Part shown: one piece after another, positions 1 through 13,900 of the stretch
Numbering within the stretch: position 1 is the stretch's first letter
How the letters are laid out: every line of letters begins with the position of its first letter
NCBI GenBank assembly: GCA_964016885.1
Contig: OZ024741.1
Location: 357,306,001 to 357,370,000, forward strand
Reading direction: 5' to 3'
Length of the DNA: 64,000 nucleotides
From: Eledone cirrhosa
Lineage: Eukaryota
Made by a program: the position numbers and the translations under genes
Notes under the pieces: generated by a model
What the model was told of the DNA's origin: nothing
Seen by the model: the letters and a program-made list of their open reading frames with translations, nothing else
Database searches by the model: none

Positions 1-159
1 GCCTGCCAGAAACATCAATAGATTTTAAAGTTTATAGAACAAATGTAAGTTTATCTTATTTCAACTACTTTTTTAATTCTCTGGCAGTCAAATTTCTTGC
101 TTCAAACAAGTCTTACATAACATTGTTCATATGTTATCTGTTGGTTTCGGAGGTGAGTG

Positions 160-470
160 TCGGAAAAATCTGCTTGTGAAATTAACATGCAGTGGTTGAG
201 CATTTCATAGTCACATAATACCCTTAATGTAATTGTCAGGCAGATTTAGTGTAACACAGTATCACAAAATTGGCCCTTTGAATTACAGTTCCTGACCACC
301 CAATGGGCTTCCAAACAGTTTCCATTTAACCAATTTCAATCACAAGGTTTCAGTCAACCTAGGGCAATGGGTAAATGATACTTGCCCAAGATGCCATGCA
401 GTGGGATCAAACTGAAGACCTTATGATTGCAAAGCGGACTTCTCAATCATTCGGCCACAAAGCATCTACA
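160..470. mobile_element. Decayed SINE remnants
   Basis: gaaattaac..gtggttgagca..ggccctttgaattacag and acttgcccaagatgccatgcagtggga motifs; the second recurs near 22560, 39490 and 43110. Confidence 0.6.
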
Positions 471-1486
471 CTTGATGGTATGAAAACCTCACTAAATACT
501 CTCAGGTTTGCTAAATTTTACTTATTTTCATCATTTTTTTTGTTATTAAAAAATAAAGAAATGAATACATCAACTTACATAACATTATTAGTATTATGAA
601 TATTAAAAAGGTAAAATTAATATTTTCTGCTAAATTTTTGTTTAATGTGTTTAAAACAATTCGAAAATTTGTCAAAAAATAAAGATCATTCTGTGATGTT
701 CGAAATGTTGAGTGCATCAAGATGATTGCAGAAATAGTTTTGAACACTTATTATTGAAGTATAACATACTTAGTATATCTGTATAATGATGTATTTCTAT
801 AAATATCACAGTAGGTGTGTTGGCTGGGAAAAATAGAATGGGGTAAATATATAAAACATTTCAACGAATAAAATAAGAGAGAGAGACAGAGAGAAATTCT
901 ACAATACAAGACTGCTTGTTTTAAAACGGTTCTATTATAATCTAAATACCTTCCAACATAATTTTATGTAAGGACCTTTAAGTTATATTAGAAACCAGCT
1001 TAATAGATAATGAGAAAATTAGTTACTTTACTAAATCCCTCAAAATTCTTGATTGTTTTCAAAATTATTTGAATATCATAGGCAGTGTTTTTCATTAGAA
1101 ATAAGGTAACGAAAGGGTTAAAATAAGGATTTCTGAAGAAAACACCTACTAATCAGTAATTTCCTAATAATAGCAAGCATGTCAACAATAAGGAAGAGTT
1201 TCTAAAGATATTTAAAGTTAAAAAAAAAAAATAAACAACAAAATCATCACAATTTATGAATGAAGAAAAAGAAAATTATCCCCCCCCCCCCAAAAAAAAA
1301 ATTACTTGGAGGGGCACAAACAAATTATTCTATGTATCACTAGAGACAAAACATGAGTTCTGGATCCAAGTAACAATAACAATTAAAAAATATTTTTCCA
1401 TTTTTGACATATCCTATAGATGGATGATAACATGAAATTAATAACCCCAAATTTACAAATTGGAACCCCAGCAAAAAAGCAAAGAA

Positions 1487-1523
<37 letters not shown>

Positions 1524-1955
1524 TCAGCAAATATATCTATTACTACTACTGCTACTGTTGTGGAGAGTAGAAGAGGACAGAGGTGGGGGTGGGGAAGGAT
1601 GAAATGCAGAACGCACCTGAACATCAGAGGTGAGTTTCTCTGGTGGTGAAATCGATAGTTTGTCATCATGAGTCATATTGACAGTGTTGGGATGGTAGCA
1701 GCCCAAAATCTCCCCAGGCTCTAATTGACGGTTTCGATGGTGGGTCTGCATAGTACCATACTCAGAAACTACGACCACATCACACGCCTTATTGTGACCA
1801 CTGTTCAATCCACTACTGCTGTTCACTGCCATCTTGTTGAGGTTCATATTTGGTATGCCAGTAGAGTGACCAGATGATGAAGAGCCAGTTATCATCTGAC
1901 CACTACTGGCCATCTGATGATGGTGGCCATGCTGTCGTTGATAATCATTCAGAAT
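1524..1955 (-). CDS. CABIN1: CABIN1 exon 42 (probable last coding exon; may instead end at the internal donor at 1617)
   Basis: ctgtctacag acceptor, phase 0, open to TGA at 1524-1526; low-complexity H/S-rich sequence. Confidence 0.7.
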   Translation of the reverse strand: MLNDYQRQHGHHHQMASSGQMITGSSSSGHSTGIPNMNLNKMAVNSSSGLNSGHNKACDVVVVSEYGTMQTHHRNRQLEPGEILGCYHPNTVNMTHDDKLSISPPEKLTSDVQVRSAFHPSPPPPLSSSTLHNSSSSSNRYIC

Positions 1956-4900
1956 CTGTAGACAGAAAGAAGTAAAACAATACAAGTAGCCAGTTCCACT
2001 GTCTCAAGAAATAATTGTTTCTATTTTAGGCACAAGGCCAGCAATTACCCAGTACATTACTGGTACTTTATTTTATCGACCCCGTAAGGATGAAAGGCAA
2101 AGTTAACCTCGGTCGGATTTGAACTCAGATCGTAAAGGGACGTAACTATGCTGGAAAGCATGTCCGACCCTCTACCGATACTGCCAATTCATCGCCCTTC
2201 AAGAAATAATGGCTCCTAAAATATGCACAAGGCCTCAATTCACAGGGAAAGGGTATAATTGATTCTATCCACTCCAGTACATGATTGCTACTTTATTTTA
2301 TTGATTCTTGAAGGATGAAAGGCAAAGTTTACTTCAGCCCAGTTTCAGAAATAAAAAGAAGAGATGAACTGAAGTAGTTTTAAAAAGTTAAGAAAAAACA
2401 AAACAAAAACTGTATAAACATTCAAATTTAATTTCTCCAAATATCTGAGACCTACACGACCATTTTAGTGTGGACTGGGTACTTCTTGTCATGACTCCAG
2501 GATGACCACTTTATGGTATGGGTTGGGAACTTGGGTGGGTGAGAGTGTGGAAGATGAATGGGGAATTGTGGGGGTAGATATAGGAGTGGGATGATTACAG
2601 TGAGGGAGGTGTATAGAAGGGGTGATGGGAGGGAAGGTGGTGCATACTAAATGTATGCCTCATCTCGTGATTAAAGGAGGGTGGGTTTTCTGTATTACTA
2701 CATAGCGCCAGAGATCACAAACTTTAGAGAGGTGTAATTGTGCAAGGTCAGCTTTTATCACCTCATCCCAAGTTTTCCTAGGCCTGCCCACTCCATGGCT
2801 TCTGTCAACTTTGAGCGCTCTGTACCTTTTTATACAGTTGTCATCCTTCATACACATCACATGTCCATATCAGCGCAATCTCTTCTCCTGCACACTGCAT
2901 CTGATCCCTCTTATGCGTAATTTCTTTCCCAGTTCATTTATACTTTGCCATTTGCATTTATTACTATTGCACATCCACTGAAGCATGGAGGATTCGTTTT
3001 CTTTCCAACCATTTTCGCAAGTCCTCTGCACACAGTGCCCAGGTCTCACTATCATGCAACATTGTTATTTGTATACATGCATCATACAGTCTGCTTTTCA
3101 TTTTGAGGGAATAACCTTTCATAGTTAGCAGCAGTAGTAACTCCCTGAACTTTCTCCAACCTGATCTTACTCTGGCCACTGTGCTTTCGGAGCACCCTCC
3201 TGCACTGCTAATTTGGCCACCCAGGTAACAGAAACCATCTACCACTTCTACAGAGCCCTCTGGGCATTTGAAGGAGTTGTATCCTGAGAGCTCTTGCTAC
3301 TTACTGCCCCTGTTCACAAACCACATGTAAAACCTACGTTCTTTGTTAGCCTGCTTGAGATCCCACTACATCTCTTGCATTTGGGACACAGGATGGAATT
3401 TCTACCTACTCATTTTCTGCACACACAACAGGGCCATTTCCCTGAGGAGATCTGGGCCCTGTTTTCCTTTCTACATACTAGAACTTTAGTCTCTGCCAAG
3501 TTGACTTTAAGATCTGGAAGGTTTGACTTTAAGGTTTGGAATTTCATTTCTAATTCAGCTATAAGGGTTAGGTCATCTGCATACAGGAGTTCCCATGGGC
3601 AGCCAGTTTTAAACTCCTCCGTTATTGCCTGCAGGACGATAATAAACAGGAGAGGACAGAACCCTGATGGACCTGCAAGCTAAATTCTTCGCAAGAGTCA
3701 TTGTTAATTCTGACCTTGCTGACTGTTTCTCTCTACATAGCTTGTACTGCCCTCACAAGCCACTCGTCTACTCTAAGAGCCACCAGATAATGGAACAGGG
3801 GACTGTCAAAAGCTTTCTCCAGGTACACAAAAGCCAAGTAGAGGGGTTTACCTTTAGTTAGGTACTACTCCTGCAGTTGCTTTACAAGGAAGAGGGTATC
3901 TGTGGTACTTTTACATGGTATAAATCCAAACTGCATCTTGTCTAGGTTAACTCGTTCCCTAATCAACTGTGCTATAACTCTTTCTGTGGCCTTCAACCAA
4001 CCTAATGCCTCTGCATACACACACATATATATATATACATACATATATATATATCATCATCATTTTACGTCTGCTTTTCCCTGCTTGCAAGGGTGGGACG
4101 GGAACTGATTCTGGCTTGATTTCTACAGCTGGATGCCCTTCCTAACACCAACCTCATTTACAGTGAGTGCTGGGTGCTTTTTTGTCGTGACACCTCCACG
4201 ACCACTTTGCAGTGGAATGATATGGAACCCAGTCCTATCATCTCATTTCTACAGCTGAGTAAACTGGAGCAATGTGAAATAAAGTGTCTTGCTCAAGGAA
4301 ACAACACATCACCTGGTCTGAGAATTGAACTCACAACCTTTCGATTGCAAAGCCAATGCTCTAACCACTAAGCCATGTGCCTCCATCATATATATAAATA
4401 GACGTTAAACGATATATGTATACCAAGGGTAGCGTGGAAAATAGACGTTAAACGATGGTGGTGATGATGATGATATATGTATATGAATGTATATATATAT
4501 AGACGTTAAACGATGGTGGTGATGATGATGATATATGTATATGAATATATATATATATATATATATATACATTCATATACATATATCATCTTCATCACCA
4601 CCATCGTTTAACGTCTATATATATATACATTCATATACATATATCATCATCATCACCACCATCGTTTAACGTCTATTTTCCACGCTACCCTGGGTATACA
4701 TATATACACTCACACAAATATAGAGAGACAGGAGGAGACAGATAGACAACCCCATTGCAAGAGAATATTTTTGAATAATCGGAGGATTCATGTGACAAAA
4801 AGGCTATATAGTTAATACAATATAGATTCTGCTCTCATCAACAGTTATAACACATTTAAAAAGTTTGTTCAATAAAAATAAAAAAATGGAATGAGTAGTT

Positions 4901-7900
4901 ACCAGTGAAGGTTGGTATGTTATTGAGTTTAATTTGCTGAATGACAATTGCTGCTGACAAAACCTGATAGCTTGTTCTAGCTGTTCTACTGTTGTGGATT
5001 TGATTGGGATCTAAGAAATAAATTGAATAGTCAGGTAAAATTTCAACTTCATTTTCCCCGATATTATTTAACCCATTAGCATTTACTTTACTCTATATTT
5101 ACTATTATATTTTGACAGTAAACACTATCTCACATAATATTGAATCTATGAGATTCTGATGTTATTTATTTTGAGAACAATACCTTAACGTCAGTATGAG
5201 CGGCCAGTTACGGCCAGTTTAAACAGAAAGAGGTGAGAGAATTCTGGCTGGATACGACCGTTTATATGCTAAAGGGTTAAGCAAAATATTACCTTAAAAA
5301 CCTGTCTCCCATACAACATAGTAAATAGTATAGACTTAGAAATATTGCTTATTTAAATCTTAGCATGAGCACTATTATCATCATCATCATTTTACATTTG
5401 CTTTCCATACTGGCATGGGATGAACAGATTGATATGGTCGGAGTCAGTTCTTATTTGGAATTACTGCCCTCCTAGATGGGTTGAAGGACAATATCTCCTT
5501 TGTGCGTTCAAGACTCTGGCATGGTTTCTACGGCTCAATGCTCTTAATAACACCAACTACTTTACAGAGTGTACTGGGTAGATTTTACCATGGCAACAGC
5601 ACTAAGGAGATTGTCATGTCCTTGACATGATTGAAGAGTCTTCTCCATTCGTTTTTGGCATTGTTTCTATCTAGTGCTAGTACAAGTACATTCTGTAAAG
5701 TTGCTGGCATTAGAAAGGCTATTCAGCTGTACAAACAATGCTAAAAACAGAATGCTTTGAGCAAGATGTGGTCCACCAAACTATCTAGGCTGACAGTAAC
5801 TCTGATTAAGTACTGACATAGTTTGTAACAACCTGTCAAACCCATGTGAACATGGAAAAGTAGATTTAAAGTGACGATGTACGTTTTTACCATATAATAT
5901 CATCAACACTGCTTTACATCTATTTTCCATGCTTGCATGTGTTAGAGTGTCATATTCTGGGACAAAGAGGTCAGATGACTGTGTCTTGCACATACATTTC
6001 ATTTTTGGTTTGTTTTCTAAGGCTGGATGCACTGTTTAACGCCAACCACATCAATGTGTGTACTGGATACATTTTATCATGGCACTGCTATTACCATCTA
6101 ACAGAGTCGGCTGGCTTCATTTTATTGTGGAATCAGCACTGCCACTTTACATTGTGGGCTGTGTGCATTTTATTGTGGCAACACTTTACAGAGTGGACTG
6201 GGTGCATTTACCATACCTATGTGTTAAATAGATATCTTAGAAAATGCTATAATACCCACCGCATTCTTCATAATGACACGGAACACATCTAGGAAAATGT
6301 CATTGGTTCTCTCCACATGCAAGTACACTTTATTGACGCCATGACACCAAATCTTGTAGACTTCCAAGAGAAATTTAATTTGTCTTTCACTATCACTGTC
6401 TAGTACATCTTCTAGTTGTAATTCTATAGTGTCAAGAGCATACTCATAGGCCAACTGGGATAAACAGACACGTTCAGCATCACGTAAGTATTTCCTGAAA
6501 TTGAGAGTTTTAAAAAACAGCAATTACTTTTACTAATGTTTAGAACATTGTAATAAGAATATATTAATTTACATTAAAGTTTAACCCACTGATTCCCAAA
6601 GTGGTTGTTACAACCCATGAGGGCTGCCAATAGACTCAACAGGAACATTAAAAAGTAAAGGAATAGTAGTGAGATGATAGTTGTTGGAAGGCAAGGAGTG
6701 ATGGGAGAGGAAAAGGAGTAGTGGAGTGGTGGAGGATCATTGGAAGGCAAAGGAGATGGTAGAGGAGGCAAGGGAGTAGTAATGGAAGAAAGGGACAAAG
6801 AATACAAATTAATAGTTGCCGATAGAAAATTCAGCTTTAGTTATTCAATAAATATTTAAATGAACTATAATTTTCAAATAATTTTGAATATAATCAAGAA
6901 TTAGAAACGATTTAGTAATAAATATAAACACTTTAAAACAAACAGTTTTGTATAGTAGAACCAAGGGTGGTTTTATATCAAAAGAATTAATTTGTTACAA
7001 AAAGCTAAGTTATTCAATAGGATAAAGTCACTTTTTAGACTAGTGTAAATATAAATGATAAAGAAATATCTCTTAAGTTTGAAAGTTTATCTGACCTGCC
7101 AGCATCTGGTGTGCGATTTAACTGAATATGGATGTTAAAGAGCATCAGGTTATCACACTGACCCCGTAGCACTTCTAAAAGTAACTTCACAGAACGATTC
7201 ATGTGTGAAGCAAAACTACCAGAACGGTCCACCTCTTCAACTGGAATACGCCACACACCCTAAAATAAAAAAACATTTGCCATTAAAATTTCTGATTTAT
7301 ATAACAAGACAAAACAAAACAGATATAGATATAATTTAGATTATAATTAAGTATAGAAATCATTGGATATCTGCTGTAGTGGTGAAAGGTAATTTAGCAC
7401 TACACAGAATACTGTAAATTTACACATCCGATAATAGAACCAGCATAGAAATAAAAATAAAACTCAAGATGCATGTACAATTATGCAGAATATCTTTTCC
7501 TTTAGTTTCTTTTATTCCCTATGGGGTATTAGGTGGCTTTCGGCATTTCTGTAGCAACTTGAATTAATGGAGATAAGACTGCTAGCCTTGTGCTCCATCC
7601 TTCTCAACCAACCTAGCATTTTGAAGCAAGGGGTGAGGGTGTGTCTGTAACCCTATATAGAGGCCCATTTCAAGTGCTCTCAGCTGGAGCCAGCAGAGCC
7701 TGGGACTTAAATCAATTCATTCTATTTTTAAAGGAACCTTAGATAGTGCTATATCTAAAATTAAAATAATGCTTCTTTAAATCACTTTCCTCTATTTTCA
7801 AAGATACAGTGGGTAACTGCATGTCCAGTTTTGAGATAAAGTTTCTTTAAATCCTGGGTAGCAGTACATTCAGTATTGAATATAAGCAGCATATATAATT

Positions 7901-10900
7901 AACTAAACATCTAACTTTCAACACCTTATAAAATACAAAAAATGACGTACAAGAGAATAGAAATTAATAGGAATGTATTTGCATGGTTAAAACAAGAATG
8001 AAAACAATTATGGAGGTACATAATGGGATCAAACTTACAACATTATGATTGAGAACAACCCCACACCTTTAAACTACATAATGGTTTCTAATTTAGGCAC
8101 AAGGCCAGCAAACTGAGAGGGGGAAAAGTGCTTGACTTTATTTTATTAACTCTGGAATGACAAAAAGCAAAGTTGACCTTATAATATAAAGAGTCAGAAC
8201 AAATAAAACAAAGCATTTTATATGATGCTATAACATTCTGCCATAATGACAGTAAATTGTTTTATTAATAAAATGTACCACGAGAGTATCTTGCATAAAT
8301 TTTCAAACTGGATTACTTCAAAATAAAGTCATTTTGTTAAGAATTTTAGTGCTGGCACCACAATAAAGTGCACCCAGTAACTTTGTAAATTGGTTGGCAT
8401 TTGGAAGGCCATCCAGTCATAGAGACTATGCTAAACATGGAACATATGAACACGATGAGGTCTCTCCAGCCCGTCAAGTTCTGGATCAGAATGGATGGCG
8501 AATGTAAAATGATGATGATTTATACAAACCTGAAAAAAGTTGGAATGTTTGCGATCTGTAAAAAGACCTGGAGCAGGCAGATGATCAAATTGGGCCCAAG
8601 AAGGAACACCAAGCAATATATCACGTGTGTAGTTAATATTCTGAAATCAAAGAGAAGTTTTAATTTGAAAGATTTTGAAGTTAAATATTCAGTAAATATA
8701 TTTCCTTATTATTGTAATAGTTGGAATTCTGATAGCAATAATTTAAAACGAGGTGCACCTGGATAGAATTTTTTTCTTGCTTTTCATTAAAGAAAATGAA
8801 TGTACATGAAATAAATAAATAGTTTGTAACTGCTGGGAAAATATCTAATAGAATTGTTTCCTTGATACAGATGATGAAACAATAATGCATGTATAATGAA
8901 GACTGAAAGATGTGTATGAGCACTGGATGTTGAACATAAATCTGAAAGAAAGAGAGACTGAATTTGAAAAAGCCTGGATAAATGGGTATTAAGAACAATT
9001 TTCATTACTTACAGAAATGCTACACCCAAGATATCAAAATCACCAGTGAAGCTAGGAAGTTAAACATCGAAAACTTAAGAATCAAAGAAGCAGTTCTCAT
9101 CAATACACTAGGGCTTTCTATTAGCAGAAAACAGAAATTACATGAAACTGATTGGCTATTGTGATTATACTAGTGTGTGCATGTCATCAACCCTATGACC
9201 ATACACATCTGTGCAAAGGAGCCCATCTCGCCACTACAATCACACATTTAAAAAAAAAAAAAAAAAAGGAGTCTTAACCCCAAAATATCATGGAATATAA
9301 AGTAAAGGTGTAAACTGTTGTTTTGTTTTGTTTTACTTTACTAATATTTTCACTCATTTATTTCTAACTTTCATGGTACTGGTTTTCTTAAAACAATTCT
9401 AACCACATAAATTTTACAGGGTTCAATGATACAAAATTCTTTTAAAGTGTTTATATTTATCTAAAACCTTGCACTATAAGTCTATTAAGACTCTTTGTTA
9501 AATTATGCTACAAACACCAGCTTAATGAGAAATTTAGTTATACTACTAAATTCTTTATTTTCAAAATTATTTGGAAATTATATTAACAAAGAAGTCAATG
9601 AAATGGTTAAAGAAAAATACTACAAATACATTTCTTTTATATTCAAACTATAGCAAAAAACATACCTTGTTAAATGGTGAGTAGAAGTGAAGATGAGCAA
9701 GTCTATAAAGGGCTTTATAATGTGTAGGGAAACGACTGAGGCAGATGTGTAAGGCTGAAATTACCATGTTCAAGAGTTTTTTGTGTTTATCAGTTTTCGA
9801 TCTTTTATCATCAGAATGTCCCTGATCAGAGCTGTTGGCTGAGGAACTCTCAGCACTAGTTTTAGCACTACTGATCTCACTGTGATCATCATCTGAATAC
9901 CCTGATTTATTACTCTCTTGCTTTGATATGTCACTCTGTTCAGAGTTAGTTTTCACTGAACCGTTTTTCTCAGACGGTAACTGAGCACCAGAGTTGGTTG
10001 GCTTGTTGGAATTATTTTGACAAACATCAGCAGATGACTCCTTACTCTGCTGTTCTCCTTCTGATTGGCTAACTGGGTCAAAATCAATTCCTATTAAATC
10101 ATTGTTGGGTTTATCAAAGTTTTCAGACTCTAAGAGTGCATTAAGAGTATCAAGGGCTTGACTAGTCATTGCATCAGTGTCTATAGCAGAATCTAAATAG
10201 TCTTCCCCTATTGTTGTAGTAAACTGGTCCTCAAGACCAAATATGGGTTGACTGAGATCTACTTTTGATAAACGAGGAGGCAAGTCCAGTTCTTTGACAG
10301 GAGTAACATCTTTAGGTGCAACAGATGACAATGTACTTTTACTATCAAATTTTGCTTGGCTAATCTTTGGAGAAGTTTTTGTGGGTAGACTTTCAGCCAT
10401 TCTCATTTTGTTAGCTGTATTTCCCAACTCGTCAGACAAAGCAGAAAGACTTGAACTATCATTACTTTTCTGTCGGAAATAATTATGGTCTTGGTTTGAA
10501 CGCGGTGTTGTAGAAGTTGTGACAGCTCCAGCAGAAACATTAGTTGACGATACTGTAAAGCTTCCACTTGAAGACGTGCAAGTCCCAGAAACAGCTACTC
10601 CACGTGTCACACTGTTTGTGTTGGACGAAGATTGTGTCAGGCAAGAACTGTCTTCATTACTTGTATTAGAGTCTTTGCTAAAAAATAAAGTAAATAAATC
10701 AGTTAATGTTAAAATCAATGCAAGTATTATTATTATTATTAGTAGTAGTAGTAATAGTAGGGCAGTATTGGTAGAGCGTTAAACAAAATAGTGTGGTATT
10801 TAGTTATGGCTTTCTATGCCTTAACTTCAAATCTCACCTAGGTCAACTTTGCCTCTCTTCCTTCTGGGGTCAATAAAATCAACTTTCCCCTTGCCTAAAC

Positions 10901-13900
10901 TTGCTGGCCATGTGCCAATGTTAGAAAGAATTATTAGTAGTGGTAATATTTTGACTGAGGGCCCCAGTTTAGATTACATACAGCTATGTGCTGTATGAGG
11001 CAACTAAGAAGGTTGACACCAGGAAGTGCATTTGGCTATTAAGCATTACCCTGAAAAGGATGTTTTATTAGATCAAGAGGGGTGGTTGAGAGGATGCCAG
11101 TACTTGCTTACAATGTATAAGCATCTAAAACTTTTAATGAAAACCTAATACACCAATGCCTGGTTCTTGGGTATTTTTAGCAGAGCTCACTCTGATGCAA
11201 ACATTCAAGCAAGGTCTCCTATTTGAGGACAACTTCTTCCCTTTTCTCCACCAGTTTGGAGGCCCTAAAAAAACAAAGTGTTATGAATGTTGGTCTTCCC
11301 CTAGTCATACTCGCTTATGAGTGATGGCTAGAGTAATTTTTAATCATCAAATACTAGCATTTTTATTTTATAAGAAATAGATACTTACTTTTCTCTACGT
11401 TGATACCGTTTCTCCCTTTGATTAGCAAAAGGTCCATTGGCAACTTCTTTCATGTATCGTTCAAAATAATCTAAATCAAGTTCTTCAGCACTCTTGTAAA
11501 GCAGTTCTTTTAATATAGCAACATGTTGACGATAGAATAACTGATGCAGCAGCAACAAAAAAAGAAAAAAGAAAAAAGTCATCATCATCATTTAACATCC
11601 ACTTTTCCCTGTTAACAAGGCCTGGGTAATAATCAGAACAGAACAAATAAATAAAGTAAAATCAAGAACAGTTTTATTTGGAAATAGAATGAAACATTGT
11701 TTACAGATGATTTACATACAAATTCTTAATTGTCTTGTGCCACATGAAACCACATTAGGAAGACATTCTTTAACAGTGAAAAACAACACTATGACTACAT
11801 TACATTAAAAATTAAAGTCTTTAATTCTAGAAATGTTCACAACAATCCAACTGCCCATTAATAAAGATACTATAAACATTTGAATTAACAAGTCCATTTT
11901 AAAATATTTTAAATTAAATCACTAGAGGATGTCAGGAGTTAAGGAAATATGGAATATTCAACATACTTCAAGTGATTCCACAGCCAGATGAGGTGGGCTA
12001 ACCACATAATTTATCTTCTTAGGATAAGCAGCAAAATCTTCATGAAGGTGATAAGCAGCCTGAAATCAGAAAAAACTGGCTACAAGAGGAATGAAATGCA
12101 GTAAGCAAAAGACTGCAGGTATGGACATGTGATACATATGGATGATGATCAGTTACCAGTAGAAGAAAGCTACAATAGAAGAAGAATAAGGAAGACTTGA
12201 AGAGAAGTGGTAGGAACAATTCTCAAAATGCTGAACCTTACAGAGGAACACAACTAGAGGGAGGCTGTACTGGAAAAGACATGTCCAACTTATGCAAGCA
12301 TGGAAAAATAAACATAAAAGGATGATAATGATTATTTACCTCTTTATAGTGCTCCAGGTATTCATGGGCAGGTTTTCTCATCTTTTCACACACTTTACCC
12401 ATCATGTAGTAATACAACCATTCTTCACTATGACCCCCTTCCATTTCACACTCACTGGCTTTCTTATAACAGTTGGCCGCAATCAGCAGCATCTCCTTGT
12501 TGCTAGCTGTTGCTATCTGGTACATCTCATCATTGAGTGGGAACCAATGCATCTAAAACAAATAGAAAGGGTTTTACAACAAACCAGTTACTCTTCTGTG
12601 TATAACTATAAATCAATCAAAAATACACACACACATAGAATTTCAATCAAAGCTCACATCAGTACACAAATGTTGTTCTGACAAAATGGCAGTGCATCAT
12701 CCATACAGGTAGACAGACTGCCACCATCAATACCAGAGAATACTTTCTGACAAGTAGAACCACAAATGCATCCTGCCTCATGATCCCAGCAGGTCCCAGC
12801 AAACAGAAGGTAGAAAGTGTTACCAAGTGCAGTTTCAGGCAGGTTGATATCAAAAGGGTTAATTGAAACAAATACATAGTGTATTTTGTTAGAAATATGG
12901 CAATGGAATAGTTGATTATTTCAATTTTATTGCCTGTGTATGATACTCACCAATTTCAGCTGTCGAGCAGCATGAGAGTGCAGCTGGTAGGCAAGCGAGC
13001 CGTACTCTATCCATAGTTTGGCATTGTTGCTGTCAATCTCCACGGCCCGCGTGAAGCAGCGTAGCGATGCGATGGCTTGTTTGTAAATAGCCTGGTCCAT
13101 TCGAAGTTCTGTCTGTAATTTGAAACAATAACAATACGATTAACCCTCTCAGACATGGGCCCCTGTCTAACTTTACCCTCCACCTGGGCTCTCGAGCAAA
13201 AAAACAAATAGTTGCATATGCATCTCAAGAGTAATGATTGCAGGCACACTAATGGACAGAATCAACACAAGGCACAGTACGTGTCTACCCACCCTTCATC
13301 TAGCTTTACATAATTTTCCAATCTCCCTCAGCCCTATCAGTATCAGCTGTTCAAGGTGTGGGTATGGTGTGGTGTGCGGTGGCCGGAGGCTGGGGAGTGC
13401 TCGACCGGAAGAGTGTTTGACCGGAAGGGTGCTCGACCGGAAGGGCCAGCAGGTCTGTCTCTCTCTAGGTGGTCAGCGAACGTGGTGGACGTCAGTCTTG
13501 GAGCTCCCGGTTAACAAGTTGGATTGTACGCACGTGGGAGAGGAGAAACCAGCCATGGGATTAGCGGTGCCAGCGAAAGCGGTAAGTGAGGTAGCTTTTT
13601 CTGACCACAAGCTATTTCGGCACTGGAAACTGAGATCTGATTGATCAAAAAAAAAGAACTTTCTCGAAAACAGAGAGGAGTCTGTTGTTTTTTATTACTT
13701 AGCGCAAGACAAAATTAGGATATGGCGACGAGATTATGAATGAGAGGGGGAAGCGATTAGGGCATTTACCGATGAAGGCGATGTTGTCACTTGGCTGCGA
13801 AAAGTCCGGCTGGTCGCAAGCTTGCAGAATATTGAAGATGTGGCTGGCCTCATGGCACTGTACCTCGAGGGAGATGCGTTGGCACTCTTCCTAGAGATGG

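Noticed and set aside
1-760. Possible + strand exons of a neighbouring gene (LPETSIDFKVYRTN|gtaagt; SFCDVRNVECIK..)
   Set aside because: Too short, no recognisable homology, no consistent splice model.
4300-4384. tRNA-like sequence
   Set aside because: It is the SINE head; no proper acceptor stem.
4441-4680. CRISPR-like repeated units
   Set aside because: Eukaryotic context, no unique spacers; tandem plus inverted duplication.
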